Assembly (NCBI GenBank): GCA_037189525.1
Contig: JBBCJC010000005.1
Location: forward strand, 928,001-992,000
Length of the DNA stretch: 64,000 nt
Source: Gemmatimonadales bacterium
GTDB lineage: Bacteria > Gemmatimonadota > Gemmatimonadetes > Gemmatimonadales > GWC2-71-9
Direction: 5' to 3'
Shown: piece after piece, positions 1-10,137 of the stretch
How positions within the stretch are numbered: position 1 is the first letter of the stretch
Layout: every line of letters starts with the position of its first letter
Position numbers and translations under genes: made by a program
The notes under the pieces: model-generated
Seen by the model: only the letters and a program-made list of their open reading frames with translations
What the model was told of the DNA's origin: nothing
Database searches by the model: none

Positions 1-29
1 CGACATCCCTTCATCGACAAGGCCAACTC

Positions 30-1973
30 GTGACTCTCACGTTTCCGACCCTCACCCTGGGTCTATGCCTGGCATGGGCGCCGACCACGATACAGGCGCA
101 GTCGCCGACCGATCCGACGAGCCCTCGATCCGCCCCCGCCCTGACGGCGAGTGATCTGGAATCATTTCTCGACGGGATCGTTCCGCTCGCCCTCAAGAGC
201 AACGACATCACGGGCACGGTCGTCGCCGTGGTGAAAGACGGGAAAGTCCTGCTCGCGAAAGGATATGGCTACGCCGACCGGGACGCGAAACTCCCGGTCC
301 GGGCCGACAGCACGCTCTTCCGGGTGGCCTCGATTTCGAAGCTCTTTACGGCCACCGCCGTGATGCAGCTGGTCGAACAGGGCAAGCTCGACCTGGACGA
401 GGAGATCGACCGCTATCTGGATTTTGCGGTGCCGCGGAAATACCAGGAAAAGATTACCCTGCGGCATTTGCTCACCCACACCGCGGGGTTCGAAGAGGCG
501 TTCAAGAAGCTGCCGGCCGACTCCGGTAAGAGCGCGCCGCTCGGAGACTGGGTGCGTCAGACGACGCCGGCTCAACAGTACCGTCCCGGTACCGTGACCT
601 CCTACTCGAACTACGGCACCGACCTGGCGGGCTACATCGTCGAACATGTCTCGGGCACGCCGTTCGCGGAGTACATCCGGCTCCACATCCTCGAACCGCT
701 CGGCATGCGGCAATCCTCGTTCAGCGAGCCCCTGCCGGCGGCGCTTCGTGCCCAGCTATCGCGTGAGTACCCCACCGCCTCCGATTCGGCCGGCGAGTTC
801 GAGGTCCTGTTCGGTGAGCCGTCGGGCAACCTCTCCTCTACCGCGACCGACATGGCCAAGTTCGCCATTGCCCACCTTGCGCTCGGCCAATTCGATTCGA
901 CGACCCGGATCCTCCGGCCGGAAACGGCCCGCCTGATGGGGACCACGCAGTTCCGGACGCATCCTCGGGTTCCCGGCATGGGGCTCGGCTTTTTCGAAGA
1001 AGACCGAAATGGGCTGCGGATCCTCGGGCACGGCGGCGACCTGTCTCGCTTCCACAGCCACCTGTCGCTCCTCATGGACCACGGCGTGGCGTTCTTCGTC
1101 TCCGTCAACAGCAGTGGCCGAGGCACCGCCTTCTACAGCCTCCGGGAAGCGGTACGCGACGCATTCCTCGATCGATACTTCCCGAACCCTGCCCCGCTCG
1201 AACCGGTCGTCGCCAACGCCGTCGAGGTGTCGGCCCCTCACACCGGGTCGTACACCCTCTCCCGACGGGGCGCGTCGACGCTGGGCGGCGTGATTGGGCT
1301 GTTGGTCGACCTGAACGTCACCGCCCATCCGGACGGCAGCATTCAGATCGGATTCGTCGGCGGACCGAACGGACTGCCGCTGCGCTGGTACCCGATCGAT
1401 GAGACGACCTATCGCAGCGACGATGGATCGCAGCTGCTGGGCTACGTAGCGGGCTCGGATGGACTCCCCGACCGCTTCGGCTTCCTGGGCGGGCACGAAC
1501 TCCACCGGGTCGGCACCCTGAGCAGCCGAGGCTTCAACCTGGTCCTGCTGGTTGGCTCGCTGGGCATCTTTGCGCTGAGTCTGTTGCTGTGGCCCGTCGC
1601 CGCCCTGATCCGCCGCCGTTATGGCGCCGGAGTCGTGAATGATGGCGTCTCGCCCCGCTTGCGCGGCCTGACCCGATGGACCGCGCTTGCCGCGATCGGT
1701 TTCATGGTCGCACTGGGCATCTTCATTGCACGCGGCTTCGATGGCGCCATCGACCTGGACAGCCGCTCGGATATCTGGTTGGGGCTGATTCGATTGATCG
1801 GCCTGGCGGCGATCGTCGGGACGATCGCGTCGATCGTGGCGCTCTCGCGTTCATTCCGGCTGGGACGGAGCGGCTGGGCCCGGCTCAAGTACTTGGCCCT
1901 TACTGCTGCGGGGATCGGCTTCAGCTGGATCGCGATCCACTGGCACCTGGTGTCGTGGAACTTTCGGTACTGA
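30..1973 (+). CDS. Serine hydrolase, beta-lactamase class C/AmpC-like family, with signal peptide and C-terminal TM helices
   Basis: FRVASISK (SxxK), YSN, HGG motifs, LLTHTAG; N-terminal signal peptide; hydrophobic C-terminal helices; GTG start. Confidence 0.9.
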   Translation: MTLTFPTLTLGLCLAWAPTTIQAQSPTDPTSPRSAPALTASDLESFLDGIVPLALKSNDITGTVVAVVKDGKVLLAKGYGYADRDAKLPVRADSTLFRVASISKLFTATAVMQLVEQGKLDLDEEIDRYLDFAVPRKYQEKITLRHLLTHTAGFEEAFKKLPADSGKSAPLGDWVRQTTPAQQYRPGTVTSYSNYGTDLAGYIVEHVSGTPFAEYIRLHILEPLGMRQSSFSEPLPAALRAQLSREYPTASDSAGEFEVLFGEPSGNLSSTATDMAKFAIAHLALGQFDSTTRILRPETARLMGTTQFRTHPRVPGMGLGFFEEDRNGLRILGHGGDLSRFHSHLSLLMDHGVAFFVSVNSSGRGTAFYSLREAVRDAFLDRYFPNPAPLEPVVANAVEVSAPHTGSYTLSRRGASTLGGVIGLLVDLNVTAHPDGSIQIGFVGGPNGLPLRWYPIDETTYRSDDGSQLLGYVAGSDGLPDRFGFLGGHELHRVGTLSSRGFNLVLLVGSLGIFALSLLLWPVAALIRRRYGAGVVNDGVSPRLRGLTRWTALAAIGFMVALGIFIARGFDGAIDLDSRSDIWLGLIRLIGLAAIVGTIASIVALSRSFRLGRSGWARLKYLALTAAGIGFSWIAIHWHLVSWNFRY

Positions 1974-2859
1974 CCCGAAGCGCGCCTGGCGCGCATCGGA
2001 CTTCCACCGGCGAGGCGACCCGAACCGTCTCGCCGTCCATCTCGAACGGCAGGTCGCCCTGCCATTCGAGCACCAGACTGGACACCCGCTGCCTGGTTAC
2101 CAGCGGCGAACCGAGGTGGCGACCGGTCACGACCCGCGCCAGCAATCCCAGCAAGCGCGGGCGGGAAGCGGCGCGGGCAGTGATGCAATCGAGACGGCCG
2201 TCGTCCAGGACGGCCCCGGGCGCAATCGGCATTCCCGCTCCGAACCAGGAGCCGTTGGCGAGCACCCCGGCGGCCAGATGCGCAGCTGCCATGGACGCCT
2301 GATCGAGCGAGAGCCGAACGCTGAAGTCGGCGCCGCGCCACAGAGCGCGAATCGCACCAGCTACGTAGCGACCGGCGGAGACCCGAACCCCGGGCCAGGT
2401 TGCCAGTTCGACCGCACGGGCCGTCAGCCCGAACGACGCCAGGTTGACGAACCAGCGATTCCCGCCGGGCCAACTCACCTGCCAGGCATCGACCAGCCGA
2501 GTCGTCGATCCGCGAAGTGCCGCCAACAGCGCATCCAGTGAGGGACGCACACCCAGACCGCGCGCGAAGTCATTTCCAGAACCGGACGGCCAGACGACCA
2601 GCGTCGGTAGCGGAGCCGTACTAGGCGTTTCCAGCAGGCCATTGACGACGTCGTGCAGCGACCCGTCGCCGCCGACGACGACCACGATGGTCGCCTGTCG
2701 CTCCGAGATCAGGCCGGCCGCGATCCGTGATCCGTCGCCCGGTCCAGCCGAATGATGAACGACGATGTCGTGCTCCGCCCGCACGGCTGCCTCGATCCGG
2801 CTCCATGCCCGGCTGCCGGACGCGGCGGCCGACGACGGATTGACGATGACGTGGATCAC
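1921..2859 (-). CDS. Diacylglycerol kinase family lipid kinase (DagK/YegS-like)
   Basis: VIVNPSS, VVGGDGS, PSGSGNDFAR, FEMDGE motifs. Confidence 0.9.
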   Translation of the reverse strand: MIHVIVNPSSAAASGSRAWSRIEAAVRAEHDIVVHHSAGPGDGSRIAAGLISERQATIVVVVGGDGSLHDVVNGLLETPSTAPLPTLVVWPSGSGNDFARGLGVRPSLDALLAALRGSTTRLVDAWQVSWPGGNRWFVNLASFGLTARAVELATWPGVRVSAGRYVAGAIRALWRGADFSVRLSLDQASMAAAHLAAGVLANGSWFGAGMPIAPGAVLDDGRLDCITARAASRPRLLGLLARVVTGRHLGSPLVTRQRVSSLVLEWQGDLPFEMDGETVRVASPVEVRCAPGALRVSTESSTTPGASGSRSS

Positions 2860-2935
2860 GGAGTCGGGTCACGGGCTACGATGCGGCGGAAGCTACTCCC
2901 GGCGCCCGAGTTCGGAAGAGGAGGCCGGAACGCCA

Positions 2936-2985
2936 TCGCGGCTCGGAACCGATTCGGACAGCGCCGATTCGATCCCGAGCCGCGA
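2936..2985 (-). repeat. Intergenic inverted repeat / RNA hairpin
   Basis: TCGCGGCTCGG...CCGAGCCGCGA outer arms; 22-bp stem in which two of three mismatches become G:U pairs on the minus strand; no U-tract. Confidence 0.6.
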
Positions 2986-3017
2986 GACCTGCTGCCCCGG
3001 TCGGGGCTCCACTGCTG

Positions 3018-3983
3018 CTAGCGGCGTACCGTCAGAATCCAGTCGGCAATCGACTTGGCCACGCCGGGCCCGAGCGGCAACGACGGATCAGTGTACGATG
3101 CCATCTGCTCCTGCGCCGTCGCTCCCTTGGCTTCCTTGAGAACGTGGTTGATGCCCGGCAGCATCACCAGCTTCACGTCCGGCCGAGCCCCGGCGAGCGC
3201 CTTGGCATCGGCCGCGGTGATCTGAACGTCGGTCTCTCCCTGCACTACCAGCACGGGCAGAGAAAGTCCGCGCACCAGAGCGACCGGATCGGAGGCCTGC
3301 CAGCTCTGCATGAACCGCCGGTTGGCCGGCACGAACAGCATCTCCAACCCGGGTGGCGCCGTATACTCGCCGCCCTCCTTGATATAGCCGGCCCAAGCGC
3401 CATCGAACTGCGCCAGCAGCGCGGGCGGCAGCTGCTTGCTCAGTTGTTCCCGCAGGATGGTCGACGCATCCCGGCCGGCCGCTGCCAGCAGCACCAGTCC
3501 GGCCACGGGCGCACGGTCACGCGCCGCGAGCAACGCCAGCAGGCCCCCTTCGCTGTGCCCGACCAGCACCACCGGCCCGATGTCGCTCCGGGCATCCAGC
3601 AGCTGCGCAGCTGCGGCGGCATCCGCGGCGAAGTCATGCACCGTTACCGACGGGATGTCGAAGCTCCCCTTGCTGCTGGGCAGACCGCGTTTGTCATACC
3701 GGAACGACGCAATACCCCGCTCGGCGAGGGCGGCGGCGAGCATTGCGTAGCTGCCAGGCTTGCCCACCATCGTATTCCCGTCGCGATCGGTTGGCCCCGA
3801 CCCCGCGATGATGATCGCCGTGGGCCACGGCCCCGCCCCGTCGGGCAGCATCAGCGTGCCCTGGAGCGTGATGCCCCCGTTGGTAAAGCTCAGTTCCGAT
3901 TGCCGCGCCTGAGCGTCTGCGTTGCTGCCGAACAGACCGGCGCTCATGGCGATGACTCCAATGACCCGACGAGTAGTGTGCAT
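3018..3983 (-). CDS. Secreted alpha/beta-fold hydrolase
   Basis: IAGSGPTDRDGN, RYDKRG, GHSEG nucleophile elbow, QGETD, NHVLK; ATG at 3983 overlaps the sdpI stop (TGATG). Confidence 0.88.
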   Translation of the reverse strand: MHTTRRVIGVIAMSAGLFGSNADAQARQSELSFTNGGITLQGTLMLPDGAGPWPTAIIIAGSGPTDRDGNTMVGKPGSYAMLAAALAERGIASFRYDKRGLPSSKGSFDIPSVTVHDFAADAAAAAQLLDARSDIGPVVLVGHSEGGLLALLAARDRAPVAGLVLLAAAGRDASTILREQLSKQLPPALLAQFDGAWAGYIKEGGEYTAPPGLEMLFVPANRRFMQSWQASDPVALVRGLSLPVLVVQGETDVQITAADAKALAGARPDVKLVMLPGINHVLKEAKGATAQEQMASYTDPSLPLGPGVAKSIADWILTVRR

Positions 3984-4630
3984 CACGACCGTGTTCCTCG
4001 ATACCAGAAAATGAACGATGCAGCAAACGGCACCAGCACGGCGGCCAGCACAGCGCTGATGACGACCCGGGGAACCCACGGCCCGGCGACCAATGCGGCC
4101 CCCACGATGACGACGCCGGCCGCGACGAACAGCCACCCGGTCATCCGATGAGTCCGGCGCCAGATCTCCGGATTCTCGAGCGTCCAGGGCGTCCGAATGC
4201 CCAGGAACCAGTTGGGCCGAACCCGGCCGATATAGTTACCGGAAACGGCCATCAGCACGCCGATCCCGCCGGCCGCGACCCGCGAAATGTCGATCGGATA
4301 GCCCACCGACGATGCCATCACGGCAACGTGAAGCAGGCCAAAGAAGAGGCCGAGACAGTTCCCCATGATCCAGTAGGCGTCGACGAACTTTTCGTAGTTC
4401 TCGCGCCGCGGATCGATCCTGGGCAGGACGCGGAGGCCCACCGCAATGCCGGTGACCAGGAGCGGCAGCATCAGCGCCGCCATGATGCGCGGCGACCAGC
4501 CATCCGGCTCACCCCGGACGTTCCAGTGCGTCGGGACCTCGGCGGGCAGCCGGTTCCATGCCAGGGCGGAGGCCAGCGCAGCCACCGCGATGACGACGAA
4601 GAGCAACCACCGACTACGCATCGTCGTCAC
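3983..4630 (-). CDS. sdpI: SdpI family immunity membrane protein (DUF1648 + SdpI)
   Basis: LPAEVPTHWNVRGEPDGW, PNWFLGIRTPWTLENPEIWRRTHR; about 6 TM helices; follows ArsR gene. Confidence 0.88.
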   Translation of the reverse strand: MTTMRSRWLLFVVIAVAALASALAWNRLPAEVPTHWNVRGEPDGWSPRIMAALMLPLLVTGIAVGLRVLPRIDPRRENYEKFVDAYWIMGNCLGLFFGLLHVAVMASSVGYPIDISRVAAGGIGVLMAVSGNYIGRVRPNWFLGIRTPWTLENPEIWRRTHRMTGWLFVAAGVVIVGAALVAGPWVPRVVISAVLAAVLVPFAASFIFWYRGTRS

Positions 4631-4895
4631 CGGTCTTGAGCACGTTCATCATGTACCGAATGACCTCCTGATAGACCGTCGTATTGAGGGTGTACCGGAT
4701 GTGCTGGCCCTCTCGCTCCGCAGCGACCAGTCCGGCATCCTTGAGCACCCCCAGATGGCGCGACACCGACGGAAACGCGATAGGGAACTCATCCGCGATC
4801 TCACCGGCGGTCAAATCCCGCCGGGCCAGCAATTCGAGGATCCGCCGACGGGTCGGATCGGCCAGGGCGCGAAATGCGCCATCGCGAGGCACCAT
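4614..4895 (-). CDS. sdpR: ArsR/SmtB family autorepressor (SdpR-like)
   Basis: FRALADPTRRRILELL, SVSRHLGVLKDAGLV, REGQHIRYTLNTT; upstream of sdpI. Confidence 0.88.
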   Translation of the reverse strand: MVPRDGAFRALADPTRRRILELLARRDLTAGEIADEFPIAFPSVSRHLGVLKDAGLVAAEREGQHIRYTLNTTVYQEVIRYMMNVLKTGDDDA

Positions 4896-4902
4896 GATTA
4901 CT

Positions 4903-4930
4903 AATTTAGCAATTTAGCTAAATTTTTCAA
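4903..4930 (-). promoter_or_regulatory. sigma70-like promoter overlapped by palindromic operator for sdpRI
   Basis: TTGAAA (4930-4925)-16 nt-TAAATT (4908-4903), 7 nt before ATG; perfect palindrome AATTTAGCTAAATT at 4911-4924 plus extra half-site at 4903-4910. Confidence 0.7.
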
Positions 4931-5050
4931 TCCCGAGTCGGGGCCGACGCAGCGAGCACAGAAACGAGGGGTAAACATCCAACGCCGCCCCAGGGAAACC
5001 AGAGACATCATGTCGTGGTAAGTTTCCCGACCCCTCCTCCTGGACCATCA

Positions 5051-5446
5051 ATGACGCGACGCCTGATCAGTTCCGGATCCACCTTCGAGGACCAGATCGG
5101 CTACTCCCGGGCCGTCGTCGACGGCGACTGGGTCTTCGTGTCCGGCACCACCGGATTCGACTACACCACGATGACCATTGCCGACGGCATCGAAGCCCAG
5201 GCCGAGCAGTGTCTCGAGAATATCGAGGCCGCGCTGACGCAAGCCGGACTCGGCCTGGGAGACATCGTCCGCATCACCTACATCGTGCCCGAAGCCCGCG
5301 AGTTCGAGCAGTGTTGGCCGGTGCTCCGGCGCTACCTGGGCGAGGCCAGGCCCGCCGCCACCATGATCTCGGCCGGCCTGCTCGACCCGCGCATGCGGAT
5401 CGAGATCGAGGCCACCGCAAAGGCCAGACGCGCTGCGCAGGGATAG
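5051..5446 (+). CDS. RidA/YjgF family protein
   Basis: ISSGSTFEDQIGYSRAV, VSGTTG, RPAATM, IEIEATA. Confidence 0.92.
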   Translation: MTRRLISSGSTFEDQIGYSRAVVDGDWVFVSGTTGFDYTTMTIADGIEAQAEQCLENIEAALTQAGLGLGDIVRITYIVPEAREFEQCWPVLRRYLGEARPAATMISAGLLDPRMRIEIEATAKARRAAQG

Positions 5447-5564
5447 CTGCCACCACCGGCAGCGACCTCGAACCGCAGTTCGAAACACCGGAGGGCGCTG
5501 GTTCCGTATTGTCTGATAGAGTCGCATCCCCGGCAGTCCGAGAGCCGGATGACACCATCAGCCA

Positions 5565-6356
5565 ATGGACCAGATCGCAATGTGGACTACGCCCGTCAGG
5601 CGGTCGCTCCCCTTGTCGTTGTCTGTCTGCCTTGCCCTCGCGCTGCCTGCGACCGGCTGCGCTGCGCAAACGGAGCCCGGCATCGAGTTCCCCCCGGGAG
5701 CGACGCGCGTCCTGTTCATCGGCAACTCGCTGACCTATACCAATGATCTGCCGCGCCTGCTGAGCACCCTGGCAAATCAGGCGGGACACACCCCAATTGC
5801 CACGGCGTCGGCCACCTTTCCCGACTTTGGACTGGAAGACCACTGGCAGAGCGGCACCGCGCGCAATTTGCTGACCAAGCATCAGTGGGATTTCGTGGTA
5901 ATGCAGCAAGGGCCCTCCTCGCTGCCGGAAAGCCAGGTGAACCTGCGGCACTGGACCCTCCAGTTCGCTCCGCTGATCAAGGCCGCCGGAGCCGAACCGG
6001 TCCTCTACATGGTCTGGCCGGCCTCTCAGCGCCGAGGAGATTTTCCCGGCGTCAGGACGTCGTATCACAATGCGGCGGCCGCCGTTTCCGGACTCTTTGC
6101 TCCGGCGGGAGACGCTTGGCTCGCAGCCTGGGACGAAACGCCGAACCGCGCGCTGTACGGACCGGACGGTTTCCACCCGGCCGTCGCCGGTACCTACCTT
6201 GCCGCGCTCGTCATCCTGGAGCGGATCGCGGGAGTCGATCCTCTCTCGCTGCCCGCCACGCTTCCCGGCGCGGGACTCGATCAGGCAGCGATCCGATCGC
6301 TGCAGCGTGCCGCGCGAACGGCACTGGACCGCAACCCGGCACGGCCCACCCCATGA
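5565..6356 (+). CDS. SGNH/GDSL-like hydrolase (DUF4886-like), probable lipoprotein
   Basis: VLFIGNSLT block I, WDFVVMQQ, DGFHP catalytic motif; LALPATGC lipobox-like; exact start uncertain. Confidence 0.8.
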   Translation: MDQIAMWTTPVRRSLPLSLSVCLALALPATGCAAQTEPGIEFPPGATRVLFIGNSLTYTNDLPRLLSTLANQAGHTPIATASATFPDFGLEDHWQSGTARNLLTKHQWDFVVMQQGPSSLPESQVNLRHWTLQFAPLIKAAGAEPVLYMVWPASQRRGDFPGVRTSYHNAAAAVSGLFAPAGDAWLAAWDETPNRALYGPDGFHPAVAGTYLAALVILERIAGVDPLSLPATLPGAGLDQAAIRSLQRAARTALDRNPARPTP

Positions 6357-7642
6357 CCCGGCTCCTGACGTTCCTCCTGCTCACACCCGCCGTCCTCAGC
6401 GGACAGTCGCACCCGGCGGTGGATTCGGCCGCCGCGGCCCGGAGTGCGTGGCAAGCGGCTGTTGCCGCGCAGCGGCAGAGCGACGGCCTCGCAGCCGTAC
6501 GGCATACCCTGGCGGCAACCATCGCCTGGCCCGAACAGCCGTATTACCACGAGATGCTGGGCCTGCTGTCGGCGCGCGCGGACGATACGACCAACCTGCT
6601 CCGAGCGATTCGTTCGCTGACGGCCATCCAGTCCGGCGCGCGTCTGGTCCGCGATTCGTCCGTCGCGCGCTTCCGCCAGGTGGCGGCCGTCAATTCCGCC
6701 CTCGACCGTCTGAGCAACGCGCTCGAGCCCCTGAGCAAAAGCATGGTATGGGCCCGCCTGGCCGACAGCACCATCTATCCCGAAGGCCTCGATGCCGACC
6801 CGGCCACCGGAACCGTCTACCTCTCGAGTATTCGGCATCGCACGGTCTATCGCGTGGCCCGCGGCCAATCCGATGCCGTCGATCTCGGACTCGGCGCGCG
6901 GCCCGATATCGGCGCCGTCATGGGCGTCCGGTTCGATCCGGCGCGTCGGCTGCTCTGGCTGACGACCGTCGGTCTCCCTGCCATGGCCGGATTTCAAAGC
7001 CGAGACACATCGCTTGCTGCGCTGGTGGCGGTCCGCCCCGATGACGGCACGATCCTGCATCGATTCGACCTCCCGGCCGGCGAACCCCACATCCCGGGCG
7101 ATCTGGCTATCGGTCCCTCCGGCGATGTCTTCGTCACCGACTCACGAAGCCCCATCGTCTTTCGCCTGCCTCCCGGCGGCCAGGCGCTGGAGAGCATTCG
7201 CCACCCGCTCTTCCGGTCGCTGCAGGGCCTGGCTCCGACCCGGGATGGCCGCTATCTGTACCTGGCGGACTATGCGCATGGCTTGCTGCGTATGGATCTG
7301 TCGAGCCGCGCAGTCACCCGGATCGTGTTGGCAGACGAGGGCTCATCCCTTGGCATCGACGGGATGGCTTTGGCGGGGACGAGCCTCTACGCCATCCAGA
7401 ACGGCGTGGCGCCCCCGCGCGTCGTTCGCTTCGATCTCGGCCGAGATGGCCTCACCGCGCGTGTCCACGTGATCGATCGCCACCTTCCCGCTGCCGACGA
7501 GCCCACCATCCTGACGATCCTCGGCAATCAGGTCATCTACGTCGCCAACAGCCAGTGGGAGAAGTACGACGACGCCGGGGCACGACGGCCGGGCACGACC
7601 TTGACCGGCCCGATCCTGCTCGCCCTTCCCATGGTCCGCTAA
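6353..7642 (+). CDS. Secreted beta-propeller protein (SMP-30/gluconolactonase/LRE-like)
   Basis: ATGA overlap with upstream stop; signal peptide; YPEGL, VFVTDS, SLQGL, GIDG repeats. Confidence 0.78.
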   Translation: MTRLLTFLLLTPAVLSGQSHPAVDSAAAARSAWQAAVAAQRQSDGLAAVRHTLAATIAWPEQPYYHEMLGLLSARADDTTNLLRAIRSLTAIQSGARLVRDSSVARFRQVAAVNSALDRLSNALEPLSKSMVWARLADSTIYPEGLDADPATGTVYLSSIRHRTVYRVARGQSDAVDLGLGARPDIGAVMGVRFDPARRLLWLTTVGLPAMAGFQSRDTSLAALVAVRPDDGTILHRFDLPAGEPHIPGDLAIGPSGDVFVTDSRSPIVFRLPPGGQALESIRHPLFRSLQGLAPTRDGRYLYLADYAHGLLRMDLSSRAVTRIVLADEGSSLGIDGMALAGTSLYAIQNGVAPPRVVRFDLGRDGLTARVHVIDRHLPAADEPTILTILGNQVIYVANSQWEKYDDAGARRPGTTLTGPILLALPMVR

Positions 7643-7780
7643 CTGGCGCCCCGCAGCCACCTTCGCACCTGACGCGTCACTTTCGCCGGGGGCTGGACAG
7701 AATCGTCCGCCCCCCTTCTTTTGTGTCGTTCCCGATCTCCGTAGTCGGAGATCTCCGTCCGCATCTCCAGGCCGGTGACG

Positions 7781-10027
7781 ATGCCCGCCAGTGTTTTTGT
7801 TCGTTCATCATGCCGTCGGCACTCGCCCTGGACCGGTGCGAGCGCCGTTCTGCTGTCCCTCCTTGCAGGCCCGGCCACCGCACAAGAGTCCACGACCCGT
7901 CCGGCGCTCCGAGCGGTCAGGGTCGAGGCCGCACCTGTGATCGACGGCCGGCTGGACGACCACGTCTGGCAGGCGGCGCGACCCGCAACCGACTTCGTCC
8001 AGAATGCCCCGCTCGCCGGCAGCGCTGCGTCGGAGCGAACCGAGGTCCGGATTCTCTATGATGACGCGGCGCTTTACGTCGGTGCGTGGCTGCTCGACTC
8101 CGAGCCGAGCGGCATCATCGCGGGCGAATCGCGACGAGACGCGAGCCCGAACGAAACCGATGCGTTCCTGATCCTGCTGGACACCTTCCTCGACGGTCAG
8201 AACGGTTTCGTCTTCGGCACCACGCCCAACGGGATCGAGTATGACGGCCAGGTTGCGCAGGAAGGGAGTGGCGGCGGGGGCTTCAATCTGAATTGGGACG
8301 GCAGCTGGACGGTGGCCACCAGTCGCGACGGCGCCGGCTGGTACGCCGAGTTTCGTATCCCCTTCTCGACCCTCCGCTACGGCAGCGGTGAGGTTCAGAC
8401 GTGGGGACTCAACTTTTCCCGCCGGATCCGCCGCCGGAACGAGCAGTCGTTCTGGTCGCCCATCCCGCGACAGTTCGATTTGTACCGGGTTTCCATGGCG
8501 GGCCAGCTCCACGATCTCGAGGCGCCGTTCCGTCATACGGCCACGATCATCCCCTACGTCCTGGGCTCCGGCAAGCGCGACTACCGGCTCCCCGGCGACG
8601 CCGAGTTCAACGGTGAAGTGGGTGGCGACGCCAAGATTGCGCTGGGGCCGAGCCTGAGCCTCGATCTGACCGTCAACACCGACTTTGCGCAGGTCGAAGC
8701 GGACGACCAGGCCATCAACCTGACCCGCTTCGATCTCTTCTTTCCCGAGAAGCGCCCCTTCTTCCTCGAGAACGCCGGGATCTTCGCGGTCGGCACCAGT
8801 CAGGCGACCGACCTCTTCTTCAGCCGGCGGATCGGGATCGAACGCGGTCGTGAAGCGCCGATCCTGGCCGGGACCCGTCTGACCGGACGCGTCGGCGAGA
8901 CGATTGTCGGACTGATGAACGTGCAGGCGCGCGGACTTGAGGTCGACGACCCCGTCACCGGACGACCGACGACCTGGTCGCCCGCCAACAATTTTTCCGT
9001 GGCCCGGGTGATCCGTGAGCTGCCCAACCGTTCGCGCGTGGGCGCCATCTTCGTCTCGCGCCTCAATACCGACGACGGCAGCGACTACAACCTGACCTAC
9101 GGCCTCGATGGCCGGCTTGGGCTCGGCACGGCCTGGACCATCGACGGCTACGCCGCGCGAACCAGCACGCCGGGGCTGGACGGCGGACAGTACGCGGCCA
9201 GCGCCAATGTCGGTTACAACACCGACAACTGGAACAGCAGCCTTTCTTATCGCGAGGTCGCGGAAGGGTTCAACCCGGAGGTCGGCTTCCTGCCCCGCAG
9301 CGAATATCGATTTCTGTCGGCGAGCCTGATGCGGCGGGTCCGCTTCGACCGGACGCCCTGGTTCTACGAATGGCGGCCGCACGTCAGCTATCGGGAACAC
9401 TTCGCGCTCGATGGTTTTTCGGAGAGCCGCTTCATCCACATCGACAGCCATTTCCAGTTTGCCAACGGCGCGTTCTTTCAGCTGCCCGCCGTCAACCTGG
9501 TCCGCGAGGGGTTGCGCGAACCGTTCGAAATTTCTCCCGGCATCGTGGTCCCTCCCGGAACGTACGACAACTTCGAGTGGGGTTTTGCGTACAATTCGAA
9601 CCTGAGCGCTCCGCTGCGCATCGAAGGCCAGCTCGATATCGGCGGGTTCTACAATGGGATCCGAAAAGGAGGGAGTGCCACCATCAGCGGCCAGCTGACC
9701 GATGCGCTAGTCTCGTCACTGCGGGTCCAGTACCACGATGTCGATCTCGACACCGGGCGATTCCAGTCTGCGCTGGCAGCCCTGCGGGTTGCCTACTCCT
9801 TCACCCCGCGGGTCTACCTCCAATCCCTGATCCAGTACAACGACCGGAGCCGCAATCTCTCGAGCAACATCCGCTTCGGGTGGCTCACCACGGCGGGAAC
9901 GGGGTTGTTCGTGGTCTACAACGACCTCGAACATGTCGGTCCCCTGTCACGGAGCGGGATCGACGGAGGCCCGCTCGAGCGCGCCCTCATCGTCAAGTTC
10001 ACCCGCCAGTTCATGCTCGGCGGGTGA
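7781..10027 (+). CDS. Carbohydrate-binding family 9-like / DUF5916 outer-membrane protein
   Basis: PVIDGRLDD, WYAEFRIPFSTLRY, NTDFAQVEAD, FFPEKRPFFLEN, FFSRRIG; signal peptide; start may be 7775. Confidence 0.85.
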   Translation: MPASVFVRSSCRRHSPWTGASAVLLSLLAGPATAQESTTRPALRAVRVEAAPVIDGRLDDHVWQAARPATDFVQNAPLAGSAASERTEVRILYDDAALYVGAWLLDSEPSGIIAGESRRDASPNETDAFLILLDTFLDGQNGFVFGTTPNGIEYDGQVAQEGSGGGGFNLNWDGSWTVATSRDGAGWYAEFRIPFSTLRYGSGEVQTWGLNFSRRIRRRNEQSFWSPIPRQFDLYRVSMAGQLHDLEAPFRHTATIIPYVLGSGKRDYRLPGDAEFNGEVGGDAKIALGPSLSLDLTVNTDFAQVEADDQAINLTRFDLFFPEKRPFFLENAGIFAVGTSQATDLFFSRRIGIERGREAPILAGTRLTGRVGETIVGLMNVQARGLEVDDPVTGRPTTWSPANNFSVARVIRELPNRSRVGAIFVSRLNTDDGSDYNLTYGLDGRLGLGTAWTIDGYAARTSTPGLDGGQYAASANVGYNTDNWNSSLSYREVAEGFNPEVGFLPRSEYRFLSASLMRRVRFDRTPWFYEWRPHVSYREHFALDGFSESRFIHIDSHFQFANGAFFQLPAVNLVREGLREPFEISPGIVVPPGTYDNFEWGFAYNSNLSAPLRIEGQLDIGGFYNGIRKGGSATISGQLTDALVSSLRVQYHDVDLDTGRFQSALAALRVAYSFTPRVYLQSLIQYNDRSRNLSSNIRFGWLTTAGTGLFVVYNDLEHVGPLSRSGIDGGPLERALIVKFTRQFMLGG

Positions 10028-10137
10028 CGGCGCGCCGTTTGCACGGCTGCCCCTGACTGTCTGGTTTCACTACCGAGATGATCCCTTCCGGGGGCGTCCT
10101 GCGCCTCTAAGGAGTCACCTGCCAACACAGGGCATCC

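Noticed and set aside
1921..1973. 3' overlaps of convergent genes (also 32077-32113)
   Set aside because: Short tail-to-tail overlaps are common in high-GC genomes; no evidence of function
5885..6352. N-terminal extension of the 585-aa ORF
   Set aside because: Overlaps the SGNH gene; a signal peptide and ATGA coupling place the start at 6353
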